NCBI GenBank assembly: GCA_964484285.1
Contig: CAZAEO010000006.1
Coordinates: 1-39,035 of the forward strand
Origin: an uncultured Coxiellaceae bacterium
Lineage (GTDB): Bacteria > Pseudomonadota > Gammaproteobacteria > DSM-16500
Length of the DNA stretch: 39,035 bases
Reading direction: 5' to 3'
The position numbers and the translations under genes are program-made. Below are positions 26,355 to 36,891 of the stretch, piece by piece (positions within the stretch are counted from its first letter, which is position 1; every line of letters begins with the position of its first letter). The notes below the pieces were generated by a model. That model saw only the letters and a list, made by a program, of their open reading frames with translations. It was not told where the DNA came from and did no database searches.

Positions 26355-27765
26355 TTTCTTTCCTCACTAATTCTAATGCATATGCAAAACGCTGTAATAT
26401 TTTCTCCTTACCTAACAACGCAGCAATCTGCGCCAATTCTGGGCCATGCTGCTCTCCTGTTAACGCAATACGCAAAGGCATAAATAATTTTTTACCTGAT
26501 ACATTTAATTTTTCTTTTAAATCATCACAAACATTTTTAAAATCTATTCCATACTTTTTAACAGCAAGCGCCGCCTCAATAAAAAAACTTTCTGAAGCCT
26601 CTTGAAAAAGATGAATTTGCTCATGGGTAAACTGTAATTCATCGCAAAATAAAGCATCCGCCCATCGATGCGCTTCTTGGGGGAATAAAATATTTTTTCG
26701 CATAACATCAACAAATACGGTATGTTTTTCTTCAGGTACCTTTTCCATAATTTCTACGCCCAACCAATCTAATGTTGCACGCGTATCTAAAGCAATAACA
26801 GATTCTTTCTGCCAATGTAATAGTTGGTTTTTATCAAAACGCGCTGGCGACCGACTTAACTTTTCTAATTTAAAATAGTCTGCTAATTCTTTAAAATTCA
26901 TTAAAGATTGCAGCTCGTAGGTATGACTCAAACGCGCCATGTAATTCAACACTGCAATAGCTAAATAACCGTGTTGATATAAATCATGCAAACTAAAACT
27001 ACCCTGTCGTTTTGATAAGGGAGCACCATCATCACCAGTGATCATAGATAAATGACCGTATTGCGGTGCTCGCATATCCAATGCTTCTAACAACATTAAC
27101 TGCCGTGGTGTATTCGCAAGATGATCATCGCCGCGGAGTACATGCGTCACTTCCATTAATGAATCATCAATTGCGTTACAAAATAAAAAGGATGCTGTGC
27201 CTTCTTGACGACGAACAATAAAATCACCCATATCATCACTATTAAAACGCTGCGAGCCCTTTACCAAATCGACAAATTCAATTGTTTTTTTTGCGGGCAC
27301 GCGAAAACGCAAAGCGGGTTTTAATCCTTTTTTAAGTTTGTTTGTGATATCTTCTTGACTTAATCGCTGACAAGTACCGGGATACCGTGGCGCTTGACCT
27401 CGCGATAATTGAAGTTTGCGATTAAGCGCTAATTCTTGGTCTGTGCAAAAACAAGGGTAAACTAACTTACGATTTTCTAGTTCTGTATAATAACGATCAT
27501 ACAAATCATGACGCTGTGACTGCCAATAAGGTTGATATGGCCCACCAACGCCAGGCCCTTCTTGCCAAGTCAGCCCCAACCAATGTAAGTCTTCTTGTAA
27601 TAGTTCTGTATATTTTTGTTCTGAACGTGCAAGATCTGTATCTTCAATACGTAATAAAAAGACACCTTTTTCTTTCGCTGCATATAAAGCACTAAACAAT
27701 GCAGCACGTGCATTACCAATATGGATTAACCCAGTAGGACTGGGTGAAAATCGTGTACGAACCAT
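26338..27765 (-). CDS. gltX: Glutamate--tRNA ligase
   Basis: 475 aa. N-terminal [20 protein letters not shown] (HIGH) and a KLSKR (KMSKS-type) motif. The full length, with an anticodon-binding domain, excludes GluQRS. Confidence 0.9.
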   Translation of the reverse strand: MVRTRFSPSPTGLIHIGNARAALFSALYAAKEKGVFLLRIEDTDLARSEQKYTELLQEDLHWLGLTWQEGPGVGGPYQPYWQSQRHDLYDRYYTELENRKLVYPCFCTDQELALNRKLQLSRGQAPRYPGTCQRLSQEDITNKLKKGLKPALRFRVPAKKTIEFVDLVKGSQRFNSDDMGDFIVRRQEGTASFLFCNAIDDSLMEVTHVLRGDDHLANTPRQLMLLEALDMRAPQYGHLSMITGDDGAPLSKRQGSFSLHDLYQHGYLAIAVLNYMARLSHTYELQSLMNFKELADYFKLEKLSRSPARFDKNQLLHWQKESVIALDTRATLDWLGVEIMEKVPEEKHTVFVDVMRKNILFPQEAHRWADALFCDELQFTHEQIHLFQEASESFFIEAALAVKKYGIDFKNVCDDLKEKLNVSGKKLFMPLRIALTGEQHGPELAQIAALLGKEKILQRFAYALELVRKENVTNL

Positions 27766-27802
27766 GTTCGACCTCCTAAGAGCCTAACACACAAAGGAAG
27801 AA

Positions 27803-28543
27803 TTATTTCCTTGCCTTAACCATCAATCTTTTCATTTCACGCACTGCATTTTCTAACCCTACAAAAATAGCCTGCGCAATAATGCTATGACCGATATTTA
27901 ATTCATTTATTTGCGGAATACCCGCAATGGCTTGAACATTTTGATAATTCAAGCCATGCCCTGCATTCACAATTAATCCAGCAAGTTTTGCAAACTGCGC
28001 TACCTGTACAATACGCTCAAGCTCATTCTTTTGTTCTGCAAGAATCTTTGCATCCGCATAAGCACCCGTATGAATTTCAATAACGGGAGCCTGGCAACGT
28101 ATGGCAGCTTCAATTTGCTTGATATCAGGATCAATAAATAAAGAAACAATAATACCTCGTTCAGCTAACCGAACACATGCGTCACGAATATAAGCCTCAT
28201 TCATCAATACATTCAATCCACCTTCCGTGGTCAGTTCTTGTCGTTTTTCCGGTACAAAACAGCAATGCGGAGGGTTTATTTGTTCAGCAAAAGCCAACAT
28301 GGCATCCGTTACCGCCATTTCAAGATTCAAGCGAGTTAATACTATTTGTTGCATAAGCTCGACATCGCGTTCCTGAATATGCCGGCGGTCTTCACGTAAA
28401 TGCACAGTAATTCCATCTGCTCCACCTTTTTCTGCAGCATAAACTGCTTCAACAGGATCAGGATAACGAGTCAAACGTGCTTGACGTAACGTTGCAACAT
28501 GATCAATGTTAACGCCTAATAAAATCGTTTCTTTATTATTCAC
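27803..28543 (-). CDS. pdxJ: Pyridoxine 5'-phosphate synthase
   Basis: 246 aa; the N-terminal [15 protein letters not shown] and HLREDRRHI motifs typical of PdxJ. Confidence 0.92.
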   Translation of the reverse strand: MNNKETILLGVNIDHVATLRQARLTRYPDPVEAVYAAEKGGADGITVHLREDRRHIQERDVELMQQIVLTRLNLEMAVTDAMLAFAEQINPPHCCFVPEKRQELTTEGGLNVLMNEAYIRDACVRLAERGIIVSLFIDPDIKQIEAAIRCQAPVIEIHTGAYADAKILAEQKNELERIVQVAQFAKLAGLIVNAGHGLNYQNVQAIAGIPQINELNIGHSIIAQAIFVGLENAVREMKRLMVKARK

Positions 28544-29274
28544 TCTATTGGAACTCCTCTAAACAATTTGCGGCTATGGAGAACTTGAGGGCCTAATAAA
28601 GCACGCAATACCATCCGCATTAAACGTTTTGCATCATGCAAGGATACGGCGTCCGTGAGCTGCTCAGACGCCAATGCTAATAAACTTTTGCCCGAAAAAA
28701 GCATCTCTTGCGGCACATTCTCGTTCGGAAGACATAGCGCGAAACCTTCTTCAGGATAATAGCGATACACTTGATCGGCAACAAAAGCCTGACCATCTGA
28801 CATAGTCTGCTTTAATGGTAATCCATACCCTATTTCGTCTAGCAACTTTTTTTCAAATAAACGCAAATATTCTTGTTGCAATACTGCGTTCTTTAATTCT
28901 AACAAGGTGTTTTGATAAATGGTATAAAGTTGCGGATGTGGATCGTATTTTGGCAGCAATCGAACCAACAATTCATTCAAATAAAAACCGCTTAACAAAC
29001 ACTCTCCTCGTAAATAAATAGGTATATTTTGCGGCTCAACTTGCTGCAAAGTCATTAATTCTGTTTTTCCTTGCCATGAAATCAATAATGGAAAAAAGGG
29101 CTGCAATAAATGACGCAACCTAGAATAACTTCGTCTCACACCACGCGCGACCAACCCAATACGACCATAATCCTGCGTAAAAACATCAAGCAGCATACTG
29201 GTTTCCCGATAAGGTCGATGATGTAAAACAAAAGCAGGCTGCAGAACAATGCGCAAGATATCAACTCCTTTCAT
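28540..29274 (-). CDS. recO: DNA repair protein RecO
   Basis: 244 aa; N-terminal OB-fold region ([32 protein letters not shown]); positioned in the rnc-era-recO-pdxJ operon. Confidence 0.88.
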   Translation of the reverse strand: MKGVDILRIVLQPAFVLHHRPYRETSMLLDVFTQDYGRIGLVARGVRRSYSRLRHLLQPFFPLLISWQGKTELMTLQQVEPQNIPIYLRGECLLSGFYLNELLVRLLPKYDPHPQLYTIYQNTLLELKNAVLQQEYLRLFEKKLLDEIGYGLPLKQTMSDGQAFVADQVYRYYPEEGFALCLPNENVPQEMLFSGKSLLALASEQLTDAVSLHDAKRLMRMVLRALLGPQVLHSRKLFRGVPIE

Positions 29275-30187
29275 CCCCCTCGCCTAAGGGCCCTAAAGGG
29301 GAAAATCCTAAACTTCCTAATACTCGCTCATCATTCGTCCAATTACTTTTAACCTTGACCCACAAATGCAAAAATATTTTACGGCCAAGTAACTTAACAA
29401 TGTCTTTACGCGCTGCTGTACCAATACTTTTTAAACGCTCACCATTTTTGCCGATTACAATGGGTTTCTGGCCTTCACGTTCAACCCAAATAACTGCGCT
29501 AATATGCAGTAACCCTTCTTTTTCTTGCATGGAATCTACCACGACTGTCGTGCTGTAAGGCAATTCTTGACCGGTATGACTGATCAGCTTTTCACGAATC
29601 CTCTCAGCCACCTGAAATGGCGTATTTTTGTCTGTGATTTGTTCATCAGAAAATAAATGCACTCCTTCTGGCAACATTTGCATAATAGTCTTTTCCAATG
29701 AATCAATATTGATAGCGCGCTGCGCTGAAATAGGCACAATGTGTGTAAAATTAAATTTTTCTTTATATTTTTCAATCACGGGTAAAAGTAATTTTTTATC
29801 TTTTAGTTTATCGACTTTATTAATCACCAATAGGACAGGCGCATTTGTCGAACTGATTTTTTTTAATATCATGTCATCGTCATCGTTCCAACCTGTTGCT
29901 TCAACTAAAAAAACAATCACATCTGCATCGATGATCACTGAACTTGCCAACCTGTTCATGTAACGATTCATGGCTCGTTTTTCTGCGTGATGTAATCCAG
30001 GCGTATCCATATAGACAACTTGTATCGCTTCGTTGGTTTTAATCCCTAGAATTTGATTACGAGTCGTTTGCGGCTTTGCCGAAATGATACTAATTTTTTT
30101 ACCCATTAAAGTATTTAATAAAGTAGATTTACCTACATTAGGTCGTCCGATAATTGCCACATAACCACATCGTGTTACAGTGCTCAT
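29261..30187 (-). CDS. era: GTPase Era
   Basis: G1 motif GRPNVGKST, a DTPG motif, and a C-terminal KH domain; it overlaps recO and rnc as in the conserved operon. Confidence 0.93.
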   Translation of the reverse strand: MSTVTRCGYVAIIGRPNVGKSTLLNTLMGKKISIISAKPQTTRNQILGIKTNEAIQVVYMDTPGLHHAEKRAMNRYMNRLASSVIIDADVIVFLVEATGWNDDDDMILKKISSTNAPVLLVINKVDKLKDKKLLLPVIEKYKEKFNFTHIVPISAQRAINIDSLEKTIMQMLPEGVHLFSDEQITDKNTPFQVAERIREKLISHTGQELPYSTTVVVDSMQEKEGLLHISAVIWVEREGQKPIVIGKNGERLKSIGTAARKDIVKLLGRKIFLHLWVKVKSNWTNDERVLGSLGFSPLGPLGEGDERS

Positions 30188-30846
30188 TTTTTTATAATCT
30201 CTAACATATTTTCTGCAGCAGCCTGTTCTGCACGACGACGACTTGTCCCCTTCCCCAATACTTTTTGATCTTGCACAGTACAGCTTACTACAAACGTTTG
30301 TTGATGCGCCTCGCCCTCTAACGCCTCTACCTCGTAAACAGGCAATGACAAGTGATGGCGTTGCAAATATTCTTGTAACTGTGTTTTAGGATCTTTGTGA
30401 CTAGCTGCAAGCATGAGCGAATTCAATAAAGGTTGATACCAAGATAAAATTGCCTCATGTACAGCAAGAAAGCCGCCATCTAAATAAATCGCGCCCACGA
30501 TTGCTTCCATCGCGCAGGATAGAATAGACATTCTCTCACTGCCGCCACTCTTCAGCTCTCCCATGCCAAGATACAAATAACGTCCTAATTCAAATTGTCG
30601 TCCCAAGATACCGAGTGTTTCGCGATTAATTAATGTTGCTCGCCAGCGACTTAAATCGCCTTCTTGTGCAGCGGGATATTGTTGAAATAATATTTCAGCA
30701 ATCACAAAATTAACAATAGAATCACCTAGAAATTCCAGGCGCTCATTATTATCTTCACCGCTACTGCGATGAGTCAACGCTATTTTTAATAATCGCGGGT
30801 CATTAAAATGATAGCCTATTTTACGAGACAATTCTTTTTCACTCAT
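30184..30846 (-). CDS. rnc: Ribonuclease III
   Basis: RNase III signature ERLEFLGDS and a C-terminal dsRBD. Confidence 0.93.
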   Translation of the reverse strand: MSEKELSRKIGYHFNDPRLLKIALTHRSSGEDNNERLEFLGDSIVNFVIAEILFQQYPAAQEGDLSRWRATLINRETLGILGRQFELGRYLYLGMGELKSGGSERMSILSCAMEAIVGAIYLDGGFLAVHEAILSWYQPLLNSLMLAASHKDPKTQLQEYLQRHHLSLPVYEVEALEGEAHQQTFVVSCTVQDQKVLGKGTSRRRAEQAAAENMLEIIKK

Positions 30847-30855
30847 ACTATTCTC

Positions 30856-31650
30856 TCAATGAATCAGCGATCCTATTCTATTCCATCTAATTTTATGCAA
30901 CAAATCAGCATTAGAATCCCAACTCATCCAGACAAAGTTTGCTTTACCAATAATATTTGCATCCGGCACAAATCCCCAATAACGACTATCCGCACTATTA
31001 TCTCGATTATCTCCCATTGCAAAATACATGCCAGGTGGTACAACAACATTGGTAAAATCATCATTTGCTTTATCTGAAACTTGATAAATGGAATGCTTAA
31101 CTCCCAACAGATCTTCTTGCTTCTGTATAACGGGTAAACTTAATCCATCTTCATCACGATCAAGCGTATTTTGCTGAAATTCCTGCGGTGCTTTTTTGCC
31201 ATTGATGTAGAGCACTTTATTAAGATAACTAACATGATCCCCCGGTATACCAATCACACGTTTAATAAAATCGACCGAAGGTTTAGGCGGATAACGAAAC
31301 ACAATGATATCGCCTCGTTTGATTTCTTCTACCGGATAGATTTTTTTATGAATCACGGGTAAACGAATTCCATAATGAAATTTATTAACTAAAATAAAAT
31401 CCCCAATGAGCAACGTAGGTTCAAGTGATCCACTGGGAATACGAAAAGGTTCATATAAAAATGATCTGAGAAAAAATACAATCAACAAAATCGGAAAAAA
31501 TGATCTTGCATAATCGATAATAAGAGGCAGCTTTACTTCCGCAGAAGTTAATCGACGACGACGCGCGGCTAAAAAAAGAATATCAAATAAAGCAATCACA
31601 CCACAGAGGATAGTCGCATAAAATAAAATAAGTTCAAAATTAAAATTCAT
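30856..31650 (-). CDS. lepB: Signal peptidase I
   Basis: N-terminal TM helix, the catalytic Ser box PSGSLEPTL, and the Lys box; 264 aa. Confidence 0.9.
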   Translation of the reverse strand: MNFNFELILFYATILCGVIALFDILFLAARRRRLTSAEVKLPLIIDYARSFFPILLIVFFLRSFLYEPFRIPSGSLEPTLLIGDFILVNKFHYGIRLPVIHKKIYPVEEIKRGDIIVFRYPPKPSVDFIKRVIGIPGDHVSYLNKVLYINGKKAPQEFQQNTLDRDEDGLSLPVIQKQEDLLGVKHSIYQVSDKANDDFTNVVVPPGMYFAMGDNRDNSADSRYWGFVPDANIIGKANFVWMSWDSNADLLHKIRWNRIGSLIH

Positions 31651-33443
31651 TTCTTGTCTACCTTCAATATAGCCAAAAATGCTTCTTGTGGAATTTCAAC
31701 ATTTCCGACTTGTTTCATTCGTTTCTTGCCTTCTTTTTGCTTTTCCAGTAATTTACGTTTTCGGGTAACATCACCACCATAACATTTTGCCAATACATTT
31801 TTACGTAATGCCTTGACCGTCATACGGGCAATCACATGCGCACCAATCGCAGCTTGAATCGCAACATCAAACATCTGACGAGGAATAAGTTCCTGCATTT
31901 TTTCTGCTATTTGCCGGCCTTTATATTGTGATTGCTCGCGGTGAATAATTAAAGCAAGCGCATCTACTTTATCCCCATTAATTAATAAATCCAATTTTAC
32001 CAAATCCGCCGCTTGAAAATAGGAAAAACTATACTCCAATGATGCATAACCACGACTCACTGATTTCAAACGATCAAAAAAATCCAATACGATTTCAGCC
32101 AATGGAATTTCGTATGTTAGCGAGACTTGATTGCCAAGATACAATAAATTTTTTTGCACGCCGCGGCGCTCCACACACAGTGTAATCACACTACCTAAAT
32201 ATTGTTGAGGAACCAAAATATTGACCTTTGCAATAGGCTCACGAATTTCTTCAATATAATTGAAAGACGGCAGCTTGGCAGGATTATCAATATAAAGCGT
32301 TTCGCCTTTAGTAGTCACCACTTCATAAACCACTGTAGGAGCAGTCGTAATTAAATCCAGACCATATTCACGCTCAAGCCGTTCTTGCACAATCTCCATA
32401 TGCAACATACCGAGAAATCCGCAACGAAAGCCAAATCCTAATGCTTCGGATGATTCGGGTTCATAAAACAATGCCGCGTCATTTAAACAAAGTTTCCCTA
32501 GCGCCTCACGAAATGCAGGAAAATCTTCTGCTCGAACCGGAAATAATCCTGCATAGACTTGAGGTTTAATTTTTTTAAATCCGGGCAACGGATTTAACGC
32601 GGATTTATTTGCGTGCGTTAAGGTATCGCCTACAGGCGCACCATTAATATCTTTAATGCCCGCAACCACATATCCCACTTCACCCGCGCTTAACGCATTA
32701 GTTGCAATCCGTTTAGGAGTAAAGACTCCGATACCACTCACTTCATGGGATTTACCCGTTGACATGACTTGCATTTTATCGCCTAGTTTAAGCGACCCAT
32801 TCTTAACACGTACGAGCGATACTACGCCCAAGTAACTATCAAACCAAGAATCGATAATCAACGCTTGTAAGGGTGCTGTGACGTCTCCTTCTGGTGGTGG
32901 GATATCTGCAATCAATCTCTCGAGTAGCTCTTCAATTCCTACCCCTGTTTTAGCACTAACGCGTAGCGCATTTTTTGCTTCAATACCAATAATTTCTTCA
33001 ATTTCATGGATAACACGATCAGGATCTGCTTGCGGTAAATCAATTTTATTTAACACAGGAAGAACCTCAAGCCCCTGCTCAATAGCCGTATAACACACAG
33101 CTAGGGTCTGCGCCTCCACCCCTTGAGCCGCATCCACTACGAGTAATGCCCCTTCACAAGCAGCAAGGGAACGAGACACCTCATAAGAAAAATCCACATG
33201 ACCAGGGGTATCAATAAAGTTCAGCTGATAGGTTTGGCCATCTTTAGCTTGATAATGTAACGTAACACTATGCGCTTTTATCGTAATTCCACGCTCACGT
33301 TCTAAATCCATTGAATCCAATACTTGTTCGGACATTTCACGATCGCTTAAGCCCCCGCATAATTGAATTAAACGATCCGCCAAGGTAGATTTACCATGAT
33401 CAATATGAGCAATAATAGAAAAATTGCGAATAAGCGACATCAT
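31647..33443 (-). CDS. lepA: Elongation factor 4 (LepA). The start was trimmed to the internal Met ([20 protein letters not shown]); the ORF-track N-terminal extension is probably not translated.
   Basis: GTPase G1 AHIDHGKST and the characteristic LepA C-terminal domain. The trimmed start gives the canonical LepA N-terminus. Confidence 0.92.
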   Translation of the reverse strand: MMSLIRNFSIIAHIDHGKSTLADRLIQLCGGLSDREMSEQVLDSMDLERERGITIKAHSVTLHYQAKDGQTYQLNFIDTPGHVDFSYEVSRSLAACEGALLVVDAAQGVEAQTLAVCYTAIEQGLEVLPVLNKIDLPQADPDRVIHEIEEIIGIEAKNALRVSAKTGVGIEELLERLIADIPPPEGDVTAPLQALIIDSWFDSYLGVVSLVRVKNGSLKLGDKMQVMSTGKSHEVSGIGVFTPKRIATNALSAGEVGYVVAGIKDINGAPVGDTLTHANKSALNPLPGFKKIKPQVYAGLFPVRAEDFPAFREALGKLCLNDAALFYEPESSEALGFGFRCGFLGMLHMEIVQERLEREYGLDLITTAPTVVYEVVTTKGETLYIDNPAKLPSFNYIEEIREPIAKVNILVPQQYLGSVITLCVERRGVQKNLLYLGNQVSLTYEIPLAEIVLDFFDRLKSVSRGYASLEYSFSYFQAADLVKLDLLINGDKVDALALIIHREQSQYKGRQIAEKMQELIPRQMFDVAIQAAIGAHVIARMTVKALRKNVLAKCYGGDVTRKRKLLEKQKEGKKRMKQVGNVEIPQEAFLAILKVDKK

Positions 33444-33492
33444 TTTTCCAATAGGATAAAGGCAGGAATAGTAACGTATTTTAGATAAGGGC

Positions 33493-33921
33493 TCAATGCA
33501 TATTCCTAAGCCGTACAATCAACTGCCGATAACTATCTTTTGGCATCGCATCATAAAATATGACACAAGATTGCTTCAGTCGTTTTCCAGGAAGGGTAAA
33601 TCGCAATACAGATACCAAGCTGGTGGCAATGCTATCGCCGCCTAATGTAATAGACAACATCTGATCGGCACGATGCATGATCCATCCCTGTTCATGATGA
33701 GAAACAGCCTGCCATTGATAGTTTTGCCAAAAAATTAAAACGCCATAAATCAGGATAACACCCATGAAACCTGCCTTGATCTCTATCGGCCAAGCCAAAT
33801 ATCCAATCATAAAGCAGCTCCCTAACAAGATAGCGGCATAAAACAAAATAAATAGCTTAGAAACATATAATTTACTTTCGAATTTTTGCATGTTGACGAA
33901 CCTTCTCAACCATCGCGGCAA
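33493..33921 (-). CDS. ygfX: YgfX/CptA-like inner-membrane protein (DUF1434), the partner of SdhE. The true start is possibly at Met11 (33891).
   Basis: Two N-terminal TM helices, followed by a soluble region whose pattern ([29 protein letters not shown]) resembles E. coli YgfX (RLRSDGGKRQHLWLAADSMDEAEWRDLRRILL). It lies immediately downstream of sdhE, as in E. coli. Confidence 0.55.
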   Translation of the reverse strand: MPRWLRRFVNMQKFESKLYVSKLFILFYAAILLGSCFMIGYLAWPIEIKAGFMGVILIYGVLIFWQNYQWQAVSHHEQGWIMHRADQMLSITLGGDSIATSLVSVLRFTLPGKRLKQSCVIFYDAMPKDSYRQLIVRLRNMH

Positions 33922-34126
33922 ATGCTGTATTTGAAGCGGTTTCTTTGCCAGTTAACCACATAAATAATTCTTGATCATTACACTTTAATAACTCTACAAA
34001 AAGCCGCTGGTCTGTTGATGACAAGCCTATATAAGCTTCATTTAAAAAATTCCCTAATAAAACATCAAGTTCCAACATTCCACGCCGGCAAGCCCAACGT
34101 AAACGCGATGGTATGAGGTCGTCCAT
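33872..34126 (-). CDS. sdhE: FAD assembly factor SdhE (YgfY/CptB family)
   Basis: 84 aa with the conserved RxxxRGMLE-D motif near the N-terminus (ACRRGMLELD) and the typical size. Confidence 0.85.
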   Translation of the reverse strand: MDDLIPSRLRWACRRGMLELDVLLGNFLNEAYIGLSSTDQRLFVELLKCNDQELFMWLTGKETASNTAFAAMVEKVRQHAKIRK

Positions 34127-34270
34127 AATCTTTATCCTCTTAAGGTTTTACTCATTATTCTGAGTTATTATATTGATTAAGACAAAAGTGTGCAGTATTC
34201 TTAAAAACAAAGGGTTAGCCTACCAAGGAAGGTAAATACAAGCTATTTTTACTAAAAGTAGGCCTATTGT

Positions 34271-34567
34271 ATGTCATCATCACCAGCATCACCACTAAAA
34301 GAAGAATTGCTTAACGCACTGTTACCTTTAATAAATCGTCATAAAGGACTTAAAAAACGTTTTGACGAACTTACGCAGCTTCCTCTTGCCGACGCCGATT
34401 ATTTTGATGCCTTTATGCTGGTATTCGGTATATTGTTAAGAAAGCCGGAAATTATGCAAGATAAACAAAGTAAATCCCTTAAATTGTTTACCCGTTATTG
34501 TGCAAATCATATTAGTATCATTGAAGAAATCAACTATACTAAAACTAAAAAAATTCCTCGCGGCTAG
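34271..34567 (+). CDS. Hypothetical protein of 98 aa
   Basis: Non-overlapping ORF between sdhE and kbl. It has a weak Shine-Dalgarno and no recognisable motif. Confidence 0.4.
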   Translation: MSSSPASPLKEELLNALLPLINRHKGLKKRFDELTQLPLADADYFDAFMLVFGILLRKPEIMQDKQSKSLKLFTRYCANHISIIEEINYTKTKKIPRG

Positions 34568-34582
34568 CTCTAGGGAGTATAC

Positions 34583-35770
34583 ATGAAACACGATTTTCTG
34601 CATTATCTTGCTCACGAAATCGATCAATTAAAACATTCCGGTTTATTTAAAGGTGAACGAATCATTACTTCACAACAACAAGCGCTTATCACTGTTATTG
34701 ATGGTAGTGAAGTTTTAAATTTTTGCGCCAATAATTACTTAGGCTTAGCCAATCACCCTGATCTGATCACCGCCGCCAAGAATGCATTAGATCAATATGG
34801 TTTTGGCATGTCATCTGTACGTTTTATTTGCGGCACGCAATCTATCCATAAAGAATTAGAAAATCGCTTAAGCGAGTTTCTAGGCATGGAAGATACTATA
34901 TTGTATTCTTCCTGCTTTGATGCTAATGGTGGTTTGTTTGAAACGTTACTAGGCCCTGAAGATGCCATTATCAGTGACGCATTAAATCATGCCAGCATCA
35001 TTGATGGCATCCGGCTTTGTAAAGCACAGCGCTTTCGTTATCATAATAACAACATGCATGACCTGGAAAAAAAATTACAAGAAGCTGAAAATTGCCGCTA
35101 TCGTTTAATCGCCACAGATGGTGTTTTCTCAATGGATGGCATTATCGCAAATTTGCCAGCTATCTGCGATCTCGCAGAAAAATATCATGCACTGGTTATG
35201 GTAGATGATTCGCATGCAGTTGGCTTTATGGGAAAAAATGGCCGCGGAACACATGAATATTACAACGTCATGGATCGCGTCGATATTATTACCGGCACAC
35301 TTGGCAAAGCATTAGGCGGCGCTTCAGGTGGTTATACGAGTAGCAAAAAAGAAATCGTCGAATGGCTGCGTCAACGTTCTAGACCTTACTTATTTTCTAA
35401 TACACTCGCACCCGTCATTGCGGCAACATCCATCAACGTACTCGATCTATTAGAATCAAGTCATGCTCTTATGCAACGCTTACATGATAATAGTGCATAT
35501 TTTCGCAAAAACATGCAACAATTGGGTTTTAAACTCATACCGGGTGAACATCCTATTATCCCTGTTATGTTAGGGGAAGCAACATTAGCAAAATCAATGG
35601 CTGACAAATTATTAAAAGAAGGCGTCTATGTCATTGGATTTTCTTATCCCGTCGTACCGCATGGCCAGGCACGTATTCGCACGCAATTATCCGCTGCACA
35701 CGAAAAAATACATTTGGATAAAGCAATCAATGCATTCGCTAAAATAGGTCATAAGCTAGGAGTTATTTAG
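34583..35770 (+). CDS. kbl: 2-amino-3-ketobutyrate CoA ligase (glycine C-acetyltransferase)
   Basis: 395 aa PLP-dependent alpha-oxoamine synthase (the [14 protein letters not shown] lysine region). It is directly followed by tdh, the classical threonine-degradation pair. Confidence 0.9.
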   Translation: MKHDFLHYLAHEIDQLKHSGLFKGERIITSQQQALITVIDGSEVLNFCANNYLGLANHPDLITAAKNALDQYGFGMSSVRFICGTQSIHKELENRLSEFLGMEDTILYSSCFDANGGLFETLLGPEDAIISDALNHASIIDGIRLCKAQRFRYHNNNMHDLEKKLQEAENCRYRLIATDGVFSMDGIIANLPAICDLAEKYHALVMVDDSHAVGFMGKNGRGTHEYYNVMDRVDIITGTLGKALGGASGGYTSSKKEIVEWLRQRSRPYLFSNTLAPVIAATSINVLDLLESSHALMQRLHDNSAYFRKNMQQLGFKLIPGEHPIIPVMLGEATLAKSMADKLLKEGVYVIGFSYPVVPHGQARIRTQLSAAHEKIHLDKAINAFAKIGHKLGVI

Positions 35771-35773
35771 TCA

Positions 35774-36799
35774 ATGAAAGCACTCACAAAAACAAAACCC
35801 GAACGAGGCATTTGGTTAAATGAAGTCGCCAAACCCATTATAGGGCATAATGACGTTTTAATTAAAGTCAAAAAAACCGCTATTTGCGGCACAGACATAC
35901 ACATTTACAATTGGGATGATTGGGCACAGCAAACCATTCCTCTACCTCTTACCATTGGTCATGAGTTTAGCGGAGAAATTGTCGAAATTGGCCAAGATGT
36001 AAAAGGCTTTAAAATAGGCGATCGCGTTTCTGGTGAGGGACATATTGCCTGCGGTTTTTGCCGTAACTGCCGCGCTGGTCGTCGACATATTTGCCGTAAA
36101 AACGAAAGCGTTGGCGTCACTCGCGCTGGTTGTTTTGCTGAATATATTTCATTACCCGCAGTGAATGCCTACCCTGTCCCCGATAATATTACTGATAAAC
36201 AAGCCGCCATTTTAGATCCGCTTGGTAATGCGGTACATACTGCACTTGCATTTAGTGTCGTAGGCGAAGATGTATTAATTACGGGAGCAGGTCCAGTGGG
36301 GATCATGGCAGCAGCCGTAACACGCCATGTGGGTGCAAGACATATCGTCATTACAGATGTGAATCCTTATCGTTTAGATCTTGCAAAAAAAATGGGGGCA
36401 TCGCTCGCATTAGACACCCAACAAATTTCATTGAAAGAAGCGATGACTACGTTAGACATGCGTGAAGGATTTGATGTGGGCTTGGAAATGTCAGGTCATC
36501 CTGCAGCATTTAATGATATGTTAAAACATATGAATCATGCGGGTAAAATTGCGTTGCTGGGTTTCTTGCCCCATGAAACACAAATAGATTGGAACCACAT
36601 CATCATGAAAGGGCTGCAAATCAAAGGGATTTATGGCCGCGAAATGTTTGAAACCTGGTATAAAATGATTTGCATGTTGCAAAGTGGACTCGATGTATCA
36701 TCTGTCATAACACACGAATTTCATTTTAGCGAATATCAAAAAGCATTTGACACCCTGTTATCTGGAAAAAGCGGCAAAATTATTATGAGTTGGAATTAA
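35774..36799 (+). CDS. tdh: L-threonine 3-dehydrogenase (zinc-dependent MDR family)
   Basis: 341 aa; catalytic zinc ligands in the [10 protein letters not shown] context; structural zinc CxxCxxCxxxxxxxC; GxGxxG motif ITGAGPVG. Confidence 0.92.
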   Translation: MKALTKTKPERGIWLNEVAKPIIGHNDVLIKVKKTAICGTDIHIYNWDDWAQQTIPLPLTIGHEFSGEIVEIGQDVKGFKIGDRVSGEGHIACGFCRNCRAGRRHICRKNESVGVTRAGCFAEYISLPAVNAYPVPDNITDKQAAILDPLGNAVHTALAFSVVGEDVLITGAGPVGIMAAAVTRHVGARHIVITDVNPYRLDLAKKMGASLALDTQQISLKEAMTTLDMREGFDVGLEMSGHPAAFNDMLKHMNHAGKIALLGFLPHETQIDWNHIIMKGLQIKGIYGREMFETWYKMICMLQSGLDVSSVITHEFHFSEYQKAFDTLLSGKSGKIIMSWN

Positions 36800-36891
36800 A
36801 TAACAAAACTGTCATTCTTCCGTCATCCTAATGTCAGAATTGCTATGTTAGCATATCCATCTCTACTTTTAATTTAACAAGGAGATTTAAT

